A DNA stretch of 30,752 nucleotides, taken from positions 1 through 30,752 of the forward strand of contig JBHLRP010000037.1 of the NCBI GenBank assembly GCA_048882485.1, given 5' to 3'. The DNA is from Candidatus Thorarchaeota archaeon. Its GTDB lineage: Archaea > Asgardarchaeota > Thorarchaeia > Thorarchaeales > Thorarchaeaceae. Under the pieces are notes generated by a model, which was given only the letters and a program-made list of their open reading frames with translations, made no database searches and was not told the origin of the DNA. A program made the translations under genes and the position numbers. Of this stretch, positions 1 to 8,759 are shown piece after piece. Each line of letters opens with the position of its first letter. Position 1 is the stretch's first letter.

Positions 1-1188
1 GATGCACGTGAGGTCCTGAAAGGAATCAAGCATGTCACTAGACTTGATCATTCGACTACATTTAGCCGAATGACAGGAGGCAATGTGTATCTCAAACTTG
101 AGAATCTCCAAAAGACTGGATCTTTCAAAGTGAGAGGTGCCGCTTATGCAATGTCCCAGCTTAATGATGATGAAAAGAAAGCTGGAGTCATAGCAGCATC
201 TGCTGGAAATCATGCACAAGGAGTTGCATATGCGGCGAAGCGACTTGGTCTGAAGTCTACGATTGTGATGCCGCGTTTCTCGCCAGTTGCGAAGATCCAA
301 GCAACTCAGGGTTATGGCGCCAAGGTAGTTCTTCATGGAGATGTGTTTGATGATGCATTGGCTCATGCTAGAGAAACCGCAGAAGTGAGAGGTGCAACCT
401 TTCTTCATCCTTTCAATGACGAGAATGTGATTGCTGGCCAGGGAACCATAGGTCTTGAGATCCTTGAAGAACTTCCTGAAGTGGATGTAGTGGCCATCCC
501 TGTGGGAGGGGGAGGTCTCTCAACCGGAATTGCTATTGCAATTAAGGAACAAAAGCCCGAAGTGGACATCTACGGAGTCGAGGCTGACTCTGCAGCGTCC
601 ATGAAGGCGTCTTTAGAAGCAGGCCGAGTCACAAAGGTCGAAGGCTTGGACACTGTGTGTGACGGGATTGCAGTGAAGAAACCGGGACGCCTGACATTCA
701 AAATCGCAAGAGATCTTCTCACAGATGTCGCTACTGTCGAGGAGCTAGAGGTCACAAGGACTCTCTTCCTTTTGCTTGAACGTGCCAAGATTGTTGTGGA
801 ACCTGCAGGATGCGTCGGACTAGCGGCGTTCCAGCATGGACATATCGATATTAGAAAGAAGAATGCTGTTGCGGTGTTATCAGGGGGAAATATCGACATG
901 AGCTTCATGGCAAGAGTCGTGGAGAAGGAATTGTTCCGACTTGGACGCAATGTCAGAATAAAGGGAGTGATTCGCGATCGAGTTGGCAGTCTGAATCAAG
1001 TACTCACCATAGTAGCTGAGTCAGGCGTTAGTGTTATTGAGATTGTCCAAGACAGGTTCGACCCAGACATTGCTCCAAATAAGAACGAACTGAAAATGGT
1101 CCTTGAGGTTCCTGATGAATCCGCAGTAAGGAATCTATTCAAGCTATTCAAGAGAGCGTCTCTAGAGTTTGAAATCTATGACGACTAG
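1..1188 (+). CDS. ilvA: Threonine ammonia-lyase (PLP-dependent dehydratase) with C-terminal ACT domain; 5'-truncated by the window edge
   Basis: Frame 1 is open from base 1 (DAREVLKGIKHVTRLDHSTTFSRMTGGNVYLK). Motifs: KLENLQKTGSFKVRGA (PLP Lys), ASAGNHAQGVA, PVGGGGL, LSGGNID, and an ACT-like C-terminus (IRDRVGSLNQVL). Confidence 0.93.
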   Translation, partial: DAREVLKGIKHVTRLDHSTTFSRMTGGNVYLKLENLQKTGSFKVRGAAYAMSQLNDDEKKAGVIAASAGNHAQGVAYAAKRLGLKSTIVMPRFSPVAKIQATQGYGAKVVLHGDVFDDALAHARETAEVRGATFLHPFNDENVIAGQGTIGLEILEELPEVDVVAIPVGGGGLSTGIAIAIKEQKPEVDIYGVEADSAASMKASLEAGRVTKVEGLDTVCDGIAVKKPGRLTFKIARDLLTDVATVEELEVTRTLFLLLERAKIVVEPAGCVGLAAFQHGHIDIRKKNAVAVLSGGNIDMSFMARVVEKELFRLGRNVRIKGVIRDRVGSLNQVLTIVAESGVSVIEIVQDRFDPDIAPNKNELKMVLEVPDESAVRNLFKLFKRASLEFEIYDD

Positions 1189-2978
1189 ACAAGTGGCATA
1201 GAATTGACCAGTATCCAGGAATAAAGGAATGCATTAACGAATATTGCCGGCCATGGATTCTTGAATCTTGATGATGTCAAGAACAAGATGAATGTAGCAG
1301 CTGTAGAAGCAATGATAAAGTAGAGCAGGAGAAGTCCCAGGACAACTGATGGTCCTGCAACAATTCCAAGAAAAGTGCTACCATACGCCATAGCAAAAGC
1401 AAAGGCCGTCAAAGGTGCTAGTCGCAAGATGAAGGCCATTGCCAACTCTCTGAATTGATGCCGGTAGCTATCCCAAGCCTTGGCTGGCAGGAGTAAATCA
1501 GACCATAGAGCATCCGCTATTGAGAGGGGCAATGCAAAAATCATCAAAATCAAAATACCCACCAACCTTTGGTCGATCGGGATACGTAGAATTGGCAGGA
1601 TGATAGTGGTTTCAGTCAAATCCCCTAAGCGCATCCATATCGTCAGCCAAAGAATACAAATCAGAGTTGGCACAATTGCGCTGGCAGAAGCCTTGAGCAA
1701 GCTAGACGGATTCCCTGATTTATATCCAAGTCCATTCAGTAGCTGCCGCAGAGTTTGCTCTTTGAGAATAAGCATCATAAATAGAACTGTAACTAAAGGC
1801 CATAATAGGAAGAAGACAATCAGTCCAGAAGAATTATAGATATTTAGCCATAGAAAGTCCGGATCCCCTATTGCTTGAAAAGAATAGCCTGTGATGGCAT
1901 AGAGTGTCACCATCATAGCCGCCAGCGAAATACTGACCATTGCTGCTAGCTTGGGAGGAATCCGATTCTCTTCAAGCAGAATCGGTCGTGCACTAATTCG
2001 TTTTGGAAGACGCTCAGAAATAATGATGAGCAAGGGAATGAGTGAAGCTAGCAGTGAGAATGCTCCAACCACATAGGCGATTGCTCTGTTTCTGTAGACA
2101 AGATCATAGGTTCGGAAATAGGGCCTCCAGAACTTCAATGTGTGAATGAGTTGGTCTTCTCCTTGGAGCGCTTGTATCATCCAAGTGACTGATTCGATGA
2201 CTATCAGCTGATCGCTAATCTCGGTTATATGATTTGAGCCGCCGAGTATCAGTCTATAAGCTGTCCCCTCTGTCAGATTCCCATAGGTCACTCCTGCTTC
2301 TGCTGATGAATTGCCTGTAATGGTTTGGAACTCTGTTAGGAGTTTTCCTGGAGGTATTAGCTCGTCAAACTGGCCAGACGCGAGGAGCGTGCTAGCTGGT
2401 ATTGACACAACCTCATCAATCCAGACAGGACCCACGGCTACGAGTGCCTCTGGTGGCGTGGGCTGATCATACATAGCAAGGCCAACATGCCACCCGAGTG
2501 AGTGTCCAATGACTCCATAGACTCCAGGAGCAGTGCCCGCGTAATTTTGCCAGACATACTGCAGCGCCTCGTAGCAATCATCGGCGAGTCTATCATAACT
2601 ATCCCATTCGAACAGGACGTTTGAATCTCCATGCCCAGCCAAGTCAACTGAAACAACAGTGAAGTTACGCCTTGCTAATTCTATGTTGAAAGCATACATG
2701 CTCTCCTTAGACCCGCCAACACCATGAATAGTCAGAACTACGGGCATAAAACCAGAATAGGTGTGTTCTCTAGGTGTATACACGGTGAAATTGACGTTGC
2801 GTCCTGGCTCAACCTCAATACCCGTTCTTTCCAAATCGATTGTTCCTTGACCACTTTCTGCAATCCAAGAAAGATACAGTGAGGAGGCAATCAGGATCGT
2901 TAAGATGAACAGTACGTAGTAATGCACACGTCTGTCTACAGCCATTGACCACCACGTCTTTTCTTCGAGCACTCGCAC
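1185..2978 (-). CDS. Membrane-anchored alpha/beta hydrolase with multi-pass C-terminal membrane domain
   Basis: N-terminal TM helix, HGVGG oxyanion motif, GHSLG nucleophile elbow, candidate Asp (FDEL) and His (SNHITE), then several hydrophobic helices. Its stop overlaps the ilvA stop at CTAG 1185-1188. Confidence 0.85.
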   Translation of the reverse strand: MRVLEEKTWWSMAVDRRVHYYVLFILTILIASSLYLSWIAESGQGTIDLERTGIEVEPGRNVNFTVYTPREHTYSGFMPVVLTIHGVGGSKESMYAFNIELARRNFTVVSVDLAGHGDSNVLFEWDSYDRLADDCYEALQYVWQNYAGTAPGVYGVIGHSLGWHVGLAMYDQPTPPEALVAVGPVWIDEVVSIPASTLLASGQFDELIPPGKLLTEFQTITGNSSAEAGVTYGNLTEGTAYRLILGGSNHITEISDQLIVIESVTWMIQALQGEDQLIHTLKFWRPYFRTYDLVYRNRAIAYVVGAFSLLASLIPLLIIISERLPKRISARPILLEENRIPPKLAAMVSISLAAMMVTLYAITGYSFQAIGDPDFLWLNIYNSSGLIVFFLLWPLVTVLFMMLILKEQTLRQLLNGLGYKSGNPSSLLKASASAIVPTLICILWLTIWMRLGDLTETTIILPILRIPIDQRLVGILILMIFALPLSIADALWSDLLLPAKAWDSYRHQFRELAMAFILRLAPLTAFAFAMAYGSTFLGIVAGPSVVLGLLLLYFIIASTAATFILFLTSSRFKNPWPAIFVNAFLYSWILVNSMPLV

Positions 2979-3037
2979 TCAGTATAACGCGATGCAATCC
3001 ACCAATGAGATAAGCCTAACGGTCATCTAGTGCTGGA

Positions 3038-4450
3038 TTATTCCCCGGAAGCGAACTGTCCTGCCCACCTTCCAGCTACAATGCATTCCAGTGTTGCATT
3101 GCAACCAAGTCTGTTCGTACCATGGAAGCCCCCTGTGACTTCTCCTGCTGCATAAAAACGCGGGATTACTCTCCCATTTCTGTCCAATACCTGAGTCCAT
3201 CCACTGCCACCGACTCGCAGCCCTCCACAGGTATAGTGACGGGCTATTGATAGCAATGTCGCCCAGAAAGGAGGCTTCTCAATTTTATTGACGAGCATGT
3301 GAGGTGCCTGATTGAATTCTGGATCCTCCTTATTCTCGACAAACGAATTGTATCGTGCAACTGTGGTCTTCAAACTGTCTGACGGAATTCCCATCTTATC
3401 TGCAAGCTCTTGAAGCGAGTTGCCCCCGAACATTAGACCGTTATCGACTCTCTTCCACGCATCTGCAAGATCGATCCCATTTAGCTCCCTAATCTTGTCA
3501 TCTGACACAACGAAACTGCATTTCTCGGGGAGTGCCATAATTGCATCAGTGATTTCATTTCGACGCGCATCAGAATTGATGAATCGTTTGCCTTCCCAGT
3601 TGACATGAATCACATGTTGAATATTGCCATAGTTGATTACCTTGATTGTGTATCTCTTGCCCGTTCGAAGATCATATGGCCAAGGCACACCTTGAATATG
3701 ATCCATGCCTACTATATCAGCTCCTATGTTCTGTGCAGCTACGATCAATTCTCCTGTGGCTTCCTTTATTCCTGAGGATGCCAAATCCTTGAATCTGTAC
3801 TCGTGCTTTCCCACCATCACATCATCGGATGCAAATCCTCCGCAGGCTAGAATCAAAGCTTTGCTTGCCCGAAAACACTGGATTTGGTCCTCGAAAACGA
3901 CTTCTACACCCATCACTTCTCCATCAAGGGAATTATCTCGGATTATTCGAGTTGCTTTGTGATTCAAGAGAACTGGTATCTTTCTCTTCTTGACCTCATC
4001 AGCCATCTTCTTTATGATGCTCATCCCTCTGCCAACAGGCATATGCGACCGAGGCCACAAGGACCCATAACCTTGGATTATGTTCTTTTCCCACTCCACA
4101 CCGATTCCATCAAGCCACTGAATTGTAGCCTCTCCTTCATTGACTACAGCTTCGATTCTCTCTGGATTGGCTCTATAGTCGCCTCCGCTCCATGTATGTT
4201 CAGTGTGCTTCTCCACCGAGTCTTCAATCCCCTGAGCATTCTGCTTCAAGGGATAGACTGCATTGATGCATCCATATGCAATAATCGAGTTCCCACCAAT
4301 CTTCGACCTCTTTTCAAGTACGATGACACTCGATCCTGCGTCGAAAGCCTCGATTGCAGCTGCCAAGCCAGAGAATCCGGTTCCAATCACAATTATATCC
4401 ATAGTGCTATACCAATCTGTGGTCAGGTTCTGATTAGCGGCGCCCATCAT
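3038..4450 (-). CDS. Flavocytochrome c-type FAD-dependent reductase (fumarate/urocanate reductase flavoprotein family), stand-alone
   Basis: VIGTGFSGLAAA FAD motif, GGNS, HYTCGG, YAAGEVTGGFHGTNRLGCNA. Likely ATG start at 4450 or 4447; the ORF is open to 4468. Confidence 0.88.
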   Translation of the reverse strand: MMGAANQNLTTDWYSTMDIIVIGTGFSGLAAAIEAFDAGSSVIVLEKRSKIGGNSIIAYGCINAVYPLKQNAQGIEDSVEKHTEHTWSGGDYRANPERIEAVVNEGEATIQWLDGIGVEWEKNIIQGYGSLWPRSHMPVGRGMSIIKKMADEVKKRKIPVLLNHKATRIIRDNSLDGEVMGVEVVFEDQIQCFRASKALILACGGFASDDVMVGKHEYRFKDLASSGIKEATGELIVAAQNIGADIVGMDHIQGVPWPYDLRTGKRYTIKVINYGNIQHVIHVNWEGKRFINSDARRNEITDAIMALPEKCSFVVSDDKIRELNGIDLADAWKRVDNGLMFGGNSLQELADKMGIPSDSLKTTVARYNSFVENKEDPEFNQAPHMLVNKIEKPPFWATLLSIARHYTCGGLRVGGSGWTQVLDRNGRVIPRFYAAGEVTGGFHGTNRLGCNATLECIVAGRWAGQFASGE

Positions 4451-4509
4451 GGCTAAAACCTCTTTCAAAATCCAGAGCTGGCCTATGTCATAAGAGTGGT
4501 GGTCTTGGC

Positions 4510-5466
4510 CTACTTATAGTTAACTCCGAGCTTCTTTGAAAGTTTGTCTAACATCTCTGTAACCATTGCTGGGAGGTCATAATCTGGTTTCCAGCCCCAT
4601 TCTTCTCGAGCAACACTGTCATCAAGTGACATAGGCCATGAATCCGCAATCTGCTGCCTGAAATCAGGTTCATATTCTATTTCAAAGTCAGGTATATGAT
4701 TCTTAATTTCTTCAGCCAGCTCTGATGGAGTGAAACTGAATGCTGTCACATTGAATGTGCGGTGTTTGAGCGTCTCGTTGTCTGCCTCCATAAGATCTAT
4801 AGTGGACTTGATGCAGTCTGGCATGAACATCATGGGAAGGCGAGTGTCAGGCCCCAGGAAGCATGTGAATTTCTTCTCCTTTAGTGCCTCATAGAATATG
4901 GCAACTGCGTAGTCAGTAGTACCTCCTCCTGGCATGGCTTCGGCACTAATGACACCAGGATAGCGAAGTGAACGGAAATCTATTCCATATCTAAGATTAT
5001 AGTACTCGCCAAACAACTCGACGAAGACCTTAGTCACCCCATACATACTAGTGGGACGAGTAATTACGTCATTAGGGGTATTGTTTCTAGGTGAGGATGG
5101 ACCGAAGGCAGCAATAGAACTAGGTATGAGTGCCTGTTCGAGGCCAAGAATTCGAACAGCTTCCATTACGTTATATGTACCTTCTATATTAGTCCGGTAA
5201 GCAAGTTGTGGGTTTTGCTCTCCAGTCGCTGATAGAACTGAAGCGTTATGGATAACAATGTCAATCTGGTGATCAACCAGCATCGTGTGAAGCTGGTTGG
5301 TATCAAGAGCATCCAATCTATAGTATGGACCATCTTCCTTGAGAATTGGAGGAGGAAACTTCCTTCCAGTGGCGATGACATTTTCCCCGCCATATTTCTT
5401 GCGAAGAACTCCAACAAGCTCAACTCCTATTTGTCCATAGCTTCCAGTAACAAGAATCCGCTTCAT
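4510..5466 (-). CDS. tdh: L-threonine 3-dehydrogenase (extended SDR type)
   Basis: VTGSYGQIG Rossmann motif, PSSIAAFG, YGVTK (YxxxK) and the PGGGTTDYAV signature of SDR-type TDH. Confidence 0.9.
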   Translation of the reverse strand: MKRILVTGSYGQIGVELVGVLRKKYGGENVIATGRKFPPPILKEDGPYYRLDALDTNQLHTMLVDHQIDIVIHNASVLSATGEQNPQLAYRTNIEGTYNVMEAVRILGLEQALIPSSIAAFGPSSPRNNTPNDVITRPTSMYGVTKVFVELFGEYYNLRYGIDFRSLRYPGVISAEAMPGGGTTDYAVAIFYEALKEKKFTCFLGPDTRLPMMFMPDCIKSTIDLMEADNETLKHRTFNVTAFSFTPSELAEEIKNHIPDFEIEYEPDFRQQIADSWPMSLDDSVAREEWGWKPDYDLPAMVTEMLDKLSKKLGVNYK

Positions 5467-5670
5467 GAATCATTCCTCTACGACGCCGTGCTGGTGCCAT
5501 CGTCATTAAAAGTCTTGGCGTGAAAGTCTGTAGTTCTATAAACTGGTCCAAGCCTTTGGCATTTTCTGCCTAGCATCCTGAAAATGTGGAAATAATTATG
5601 AATTTCTGACTATAAATGAGAATTCAAATTGAAGGAATAGCAAGAATAATACTATCAAGTTAGATAATGA

Positions 5671-5685
5671 ACAGATTATTAAGAT
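5671..5685 (+). promoter_or_regulatory. Putative archaeal BRE/TATA promoter (ACAGA-TTATTAAG) of the ThDP enzyme gene
   Basis: TTATTAAGAT ends about 24 nt upstream of ATG 5709, the spacing expected for a short-leader or leaderless archaeal transcript. The identical 10-mer occurs at 22379-22388. Confidence 0.5.
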
Positions 5686-5708
5686 GGCGCGAGTCAAGAA
5701 GGTTGTTG

Positions 5709-7403
5709 ATGATGAAGGGTGCAGAATCGCTTTATAACCTATTGAGAGACTATGGAGTGAAATATCTCTTTGGAATGGATTCTCCAGAGAGCCTATATCA
5801 AGAGATCCACCATGACGAGATACGACCTATTACTGTACGCGATGAGAGATCAGCGGCACACATGGCTGATGGATTTGCCCGTGTGAGCTACCGCCCAGGA
5901 ATATGTACAGCGATACACGGGCCTGGTGTCACCAATCTAATAACAGGAATAGCTGAGGCTTATGCCTCCTGCATCCCTATGATAGGATTAGTATCTGCTG
6001 TTGATTCTAATCTTCTTGGCAAGCATAGCATTCAGGAAATCGATCAAGTATCGTTGCTGAGGCCCATTACGAAATGGGTGACACGCGTAGAGAGTCCCGA
6101 TCACATTCCTGATATGATAAGAAAGGCATTTAGAACTGCAACTACAGGAAAACCAGGTCCTGTCGTACTCAATCTCACTTACACCGCGTTGGAAAATGAG
6201 CAAACAGAAAATGCTTCCACAACTATGGGGGCTGAACCAGAATATTCTTCGATTCCTGCGGCAAGGGTTGCACCAGATTCCAAACTCATTCTAAGAGCTG
6301 CTGAAATGCTTCTTGAAGCCAAGAATCCATGCATTATTGCAGGAGGAGGCGTAATTCTTTCTAGAGCATGCAATGAACTCATGCAATTGGCAGAACACCT
6401 CGTTATTCCCGTCGCTACCACAATGCTAGGAAAGGGTGCTATTCCAGATAATCATTATCTCTCTATAGGTGTTACTGGATATTACACAGATGGAATACCT
6501 GGACGGGGACGGATTGCAAATAGGATTGTCAAAGAGTCCGATACTGTTCTCCTAATTGGAACTCAGACTGAGCAGCCCGATACGGCTGATTGGACAATAC
6601 CTGACCCAGAGTCAACAATAATCCACATTGATGTAGATGCAAATGAAATTGGACGAAATTACCCTACAGCCTTAGGTATTGTAGCTGATGCCAAATTGGC
6701 ATTGAGCCACCTTCTCAATAAAGCGAAAGACAAAGTTTCCAAAGAGCCATCTGAATACCCCCGCGTCAAGCAAATAGAAGAGCTTTTGCAGGAGTGGCGC
6801 GATGCTATTTCGCCAGAATGGAACTCCCAGAAGGCTCCGATAAATCCCCAGCGTGTTATGAAAGAGTTGCAGGAATTCATCGATAGAAAATCCATCCTGG
6901 TTGCAGATGCCAGTTATAGCTCTCTATGGGCGCTGAGCCACATAGATTTCCCTATATCAGGGCGAAGATTTGTTGCACCTCGTGGACTTGGCGTTGTTGG
7001 ATCTGGGTTGCCGTTAGCTATGGGCGTGAAACTTGCATCTCCCGAAAAACGCGTCATGTGCCTTACGGGCGACGGGGGCTTTGGATATTCTTATCCCGAG
7101 CTAGAAACGGCTGCTCGGTATGAAATCCCTGTAGTGGTGCTGATTCTGAACAATCAAACACTAGGCTTCCTCAAGCATTATGAAAAAGTCCTGTACGGAA
7201 AATCTGTTGAGTGTGATTTTCTTGATGCAAATTACGCATCAATCGCTAATGCACTCAAGTGTGACGGGACCCGAATTGAAAACCCGGATGAAATTCACGA
7301 GGCCATTAAAAGCGCTCTAGCGACTAAACGACCATCTGTAATAGACCTGATTGTTGATCCAGACATTCCAGGGCCAATGTCCCTTTTCGACTCGCTTCAA
7401 TAA
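5709..7403 (+). CDS. Thiamine diphosphate-dependent enzyme, acetolactate-synthase-like superfamily
   Basis: VRDERSAAHMADGFAR (catalytic Glu), GPGVTN, central domain GGGVI..TTMLGKG, and ThDP motif GDGGF..NN. No regulatory small subunit nearby. Start placed at MMKGAE, downstream of the TATA box. Confidence 0.88.
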   Translation: MMKGAESLYNLLRDYGVKYLFGMDSPESLYQEIHHDEIRPITVRDERSAAHMADGFARVSYRPGICTAIHGPGVTNLITGIAEAYASCIPMIGLVSAVDSNLLGKHSIQEIDQVSLLRPITKWVTRVESPDHIPDMIRKAFRTATTGKPGPVVLNLTYTALENEQTENASTTMGAEPEYSSIPAARVAPDSKLILRAAEMLLEAKNPCIIAGGGVILSRACNELMQLAEHLVIPVATTMLGKGAIPDNHYLSIGVTGYYTDGIPGRGRIANRIVKESDTVLLIGTQTEQPDTADWTIPDPESTIIHIDVDANEIGRNYPTALGIVADAKLALSHLLNKAKDKVSKEPSEYPRVKQIEELLQEWRDAISPEWNSQKAPINPQRVMKELQEFIDRKSILVADASYSSLWALSHIDFPISGRRFVAPRGLGVVGSGLPLAMGVKLASPEKRVMCLTGDGGFGYSYPELETAARYEIPVVVLILNNQTLGFLKHYEKVLYGKSVECDFLDANYASIANALKCDGTRIENPDEIHEAIKSALATKRPSVIDLIVDPDIPGPMSLFDSLQ

Positions 7404-7464
7404 TGGCATATTCCACCCTAAATGGTAAAGACTATAGCATTGTTTCCTCAATATTGGAAATGAT

Positions 7465-7653
7465 ATGATTGAGCAATGTTCCCATAATCTACTCTATTTA
7501 GGAGAACAGAAGGGAGAGAAGGACTCCAATCGTTATTTCTATTGTACTGAATGCGGTGCAATTGTAATCAGAGCTGAGGATGGGCAGAAGTACATATTGC
7601 CAGGCTCATCAAATCAAAAAGAAAATCCCAAAGTCAAGCAACCACCTTCATGA
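7465..7653 (+). CDS. Small putative Zn-ribbon protein (CxH...CxxC)
   Basis: 62 aa: MIEQCSHNL...YFYCTECGAIV. ATG start 62 nt after the ThDP gene; metal-binding pattern CSH plus CTEC. Confidence 0.55.
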   Translation: MIEQCSHNLLYLGEQKGEKDSNRYFYCTECGAIVIRAEDGQKYILPGSSNQKENPKVKQPPS

Positions 7654-8758
7654 TTACCTCTTCATTGTATCCTACAATCACTCTCATAAAGCCTGATAGC
7701 ATCCGATTGACCTCTGAGTTTCCAGTATCCACAAGAAGTGTGTAACTTGATCCCAAGGAAAGGATTTTTTCCCTAGTCGCGATCACGATGATATTCTCCT
7801 TCCCAACCCTTCTAAGCACATCGGGACTAAACTGCTGATTCCCTCTTCCGAAAATGAAGCCTTGTCCACCAATTGGGGATACAATGATTTTGACACAACT
7901 GCCATCAAATAGGGAAAGCAGCTGTGTTTCATTCTGGTCTTTCGCTACTACTCTCTTTTTCTGAATGACATCTACTCCTAGCAGAGTCTTTTCGATCAAC
8001 AACTCCTCAGAGATTGCTCCGACTGTTGTTCCCGGACCGAGTACATAGTAGGTTTCATCATTCATATCGTCAATGACACGAGCTGCAATAGCTCGACGAT
8101 TCTGATGTTCATCGTACAGGTGGAAGCTACTACTCTTGATTTCTTGAACGAGTCCCTTTTTGTGGGGTATTCTTAGATATCCGTAGAGGCGAGCTGAAAG
8201 TCTATTATCACGGAAGTCTCTTTCGCTTACATCCATGACTTCAGCTTCACGAAGCTGGGCTCTATTACAGAGGTACTCCAATGCTAGGATGCCTGCCATT
8301 CTTGGGTTGATGGCAAATACTCCTGAATGCATCTTCACTCCCGTCGGTATTCCAAGCGCGGGTACTTGTTGGTCAATTACTTTGCAAATGTCCCTCGCTG
8401 TTCCATCTCCTCCCGCGAATAAAATTAGGTCTACACCGAGCTTCATCATTTCTTTGGCTGCTTTCTCTGTGTCTGCAGCTGTAGTTCTTCCCTTTGAGAA
8501 CGGCCCTATAAGTCTAGGATTGAAACCACACGATCGAGTAACATTGCCGCCCATGTCAGATGGACAAGCTACAAATTCAATTTGGCCTTTTATAGATTCC
8601 AATTCAATTATTGCCTCTGCTGTACGAGCTTCAGAAATTGGTTTTGCCCCCATCTCTATTGCCTTCTCAAGAGTGTCAATTCCATCAGTGCCCTTGAGCC
8701 CAACTCTTCCCCCCATGCCTGCAATCGGGTTCACAATAATGCCAATTTTCCTTGCCAA
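7634..8758 (-). CDS. ATP-NAD kinase family / AcoX-like protein (COG3199-type)
   Basis: IGIIVNPIAGMGGRVGLKGTDG, GGDGTARD kinase motif, GIPTGVKMHSGVFA, GGQGFIFGRGNQQ. Likely TTG start at 8758, right after the gcvPB stop, with an upstream AGGAAGGT. Confidence 0.85.
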   Translation of the reverse strand: MARKIGIIVNPIAGMGGRVGLKGTDGIDTLEKAIEMGAKPISEARTAEAIIELESIKGQIEFVACPSDMGGNVTRSCGFNPRLIGPFSKGRTTAADTEKAAKEMMKLGVDLILFAGGDGTARDICKVIDQQVPALGIPTGVKMHSGVFAINPRMAGILALEYLCNRAQLREAEVMDVSERDFRDNRLSARLYGYLRIPHKKGLVQEIKSSSFHLYDEHQNRRAIAARVIDDMNDETYYVLGPGTTVGAISEELLIEKTLLGVDVIQKKRVVAKDQNETQLLSLFDGSCVKIIVSPIGGQGFIFGRGNQQFSPDVLRRVGKENIIVIATREKILSLGSSYTLLVDTGNSEVNRMLSGFMRVIVGYNEEVIMKVVA

Positions 8759-8759
8759 G

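Noticed and set aside
1185-1188. Convergent genes sharing a CTAG double stop (other convergent overlaps at 7634-7653 and 19050-19066)
   Set aside because: Common in compact archaeal genomes; not informative on its own.
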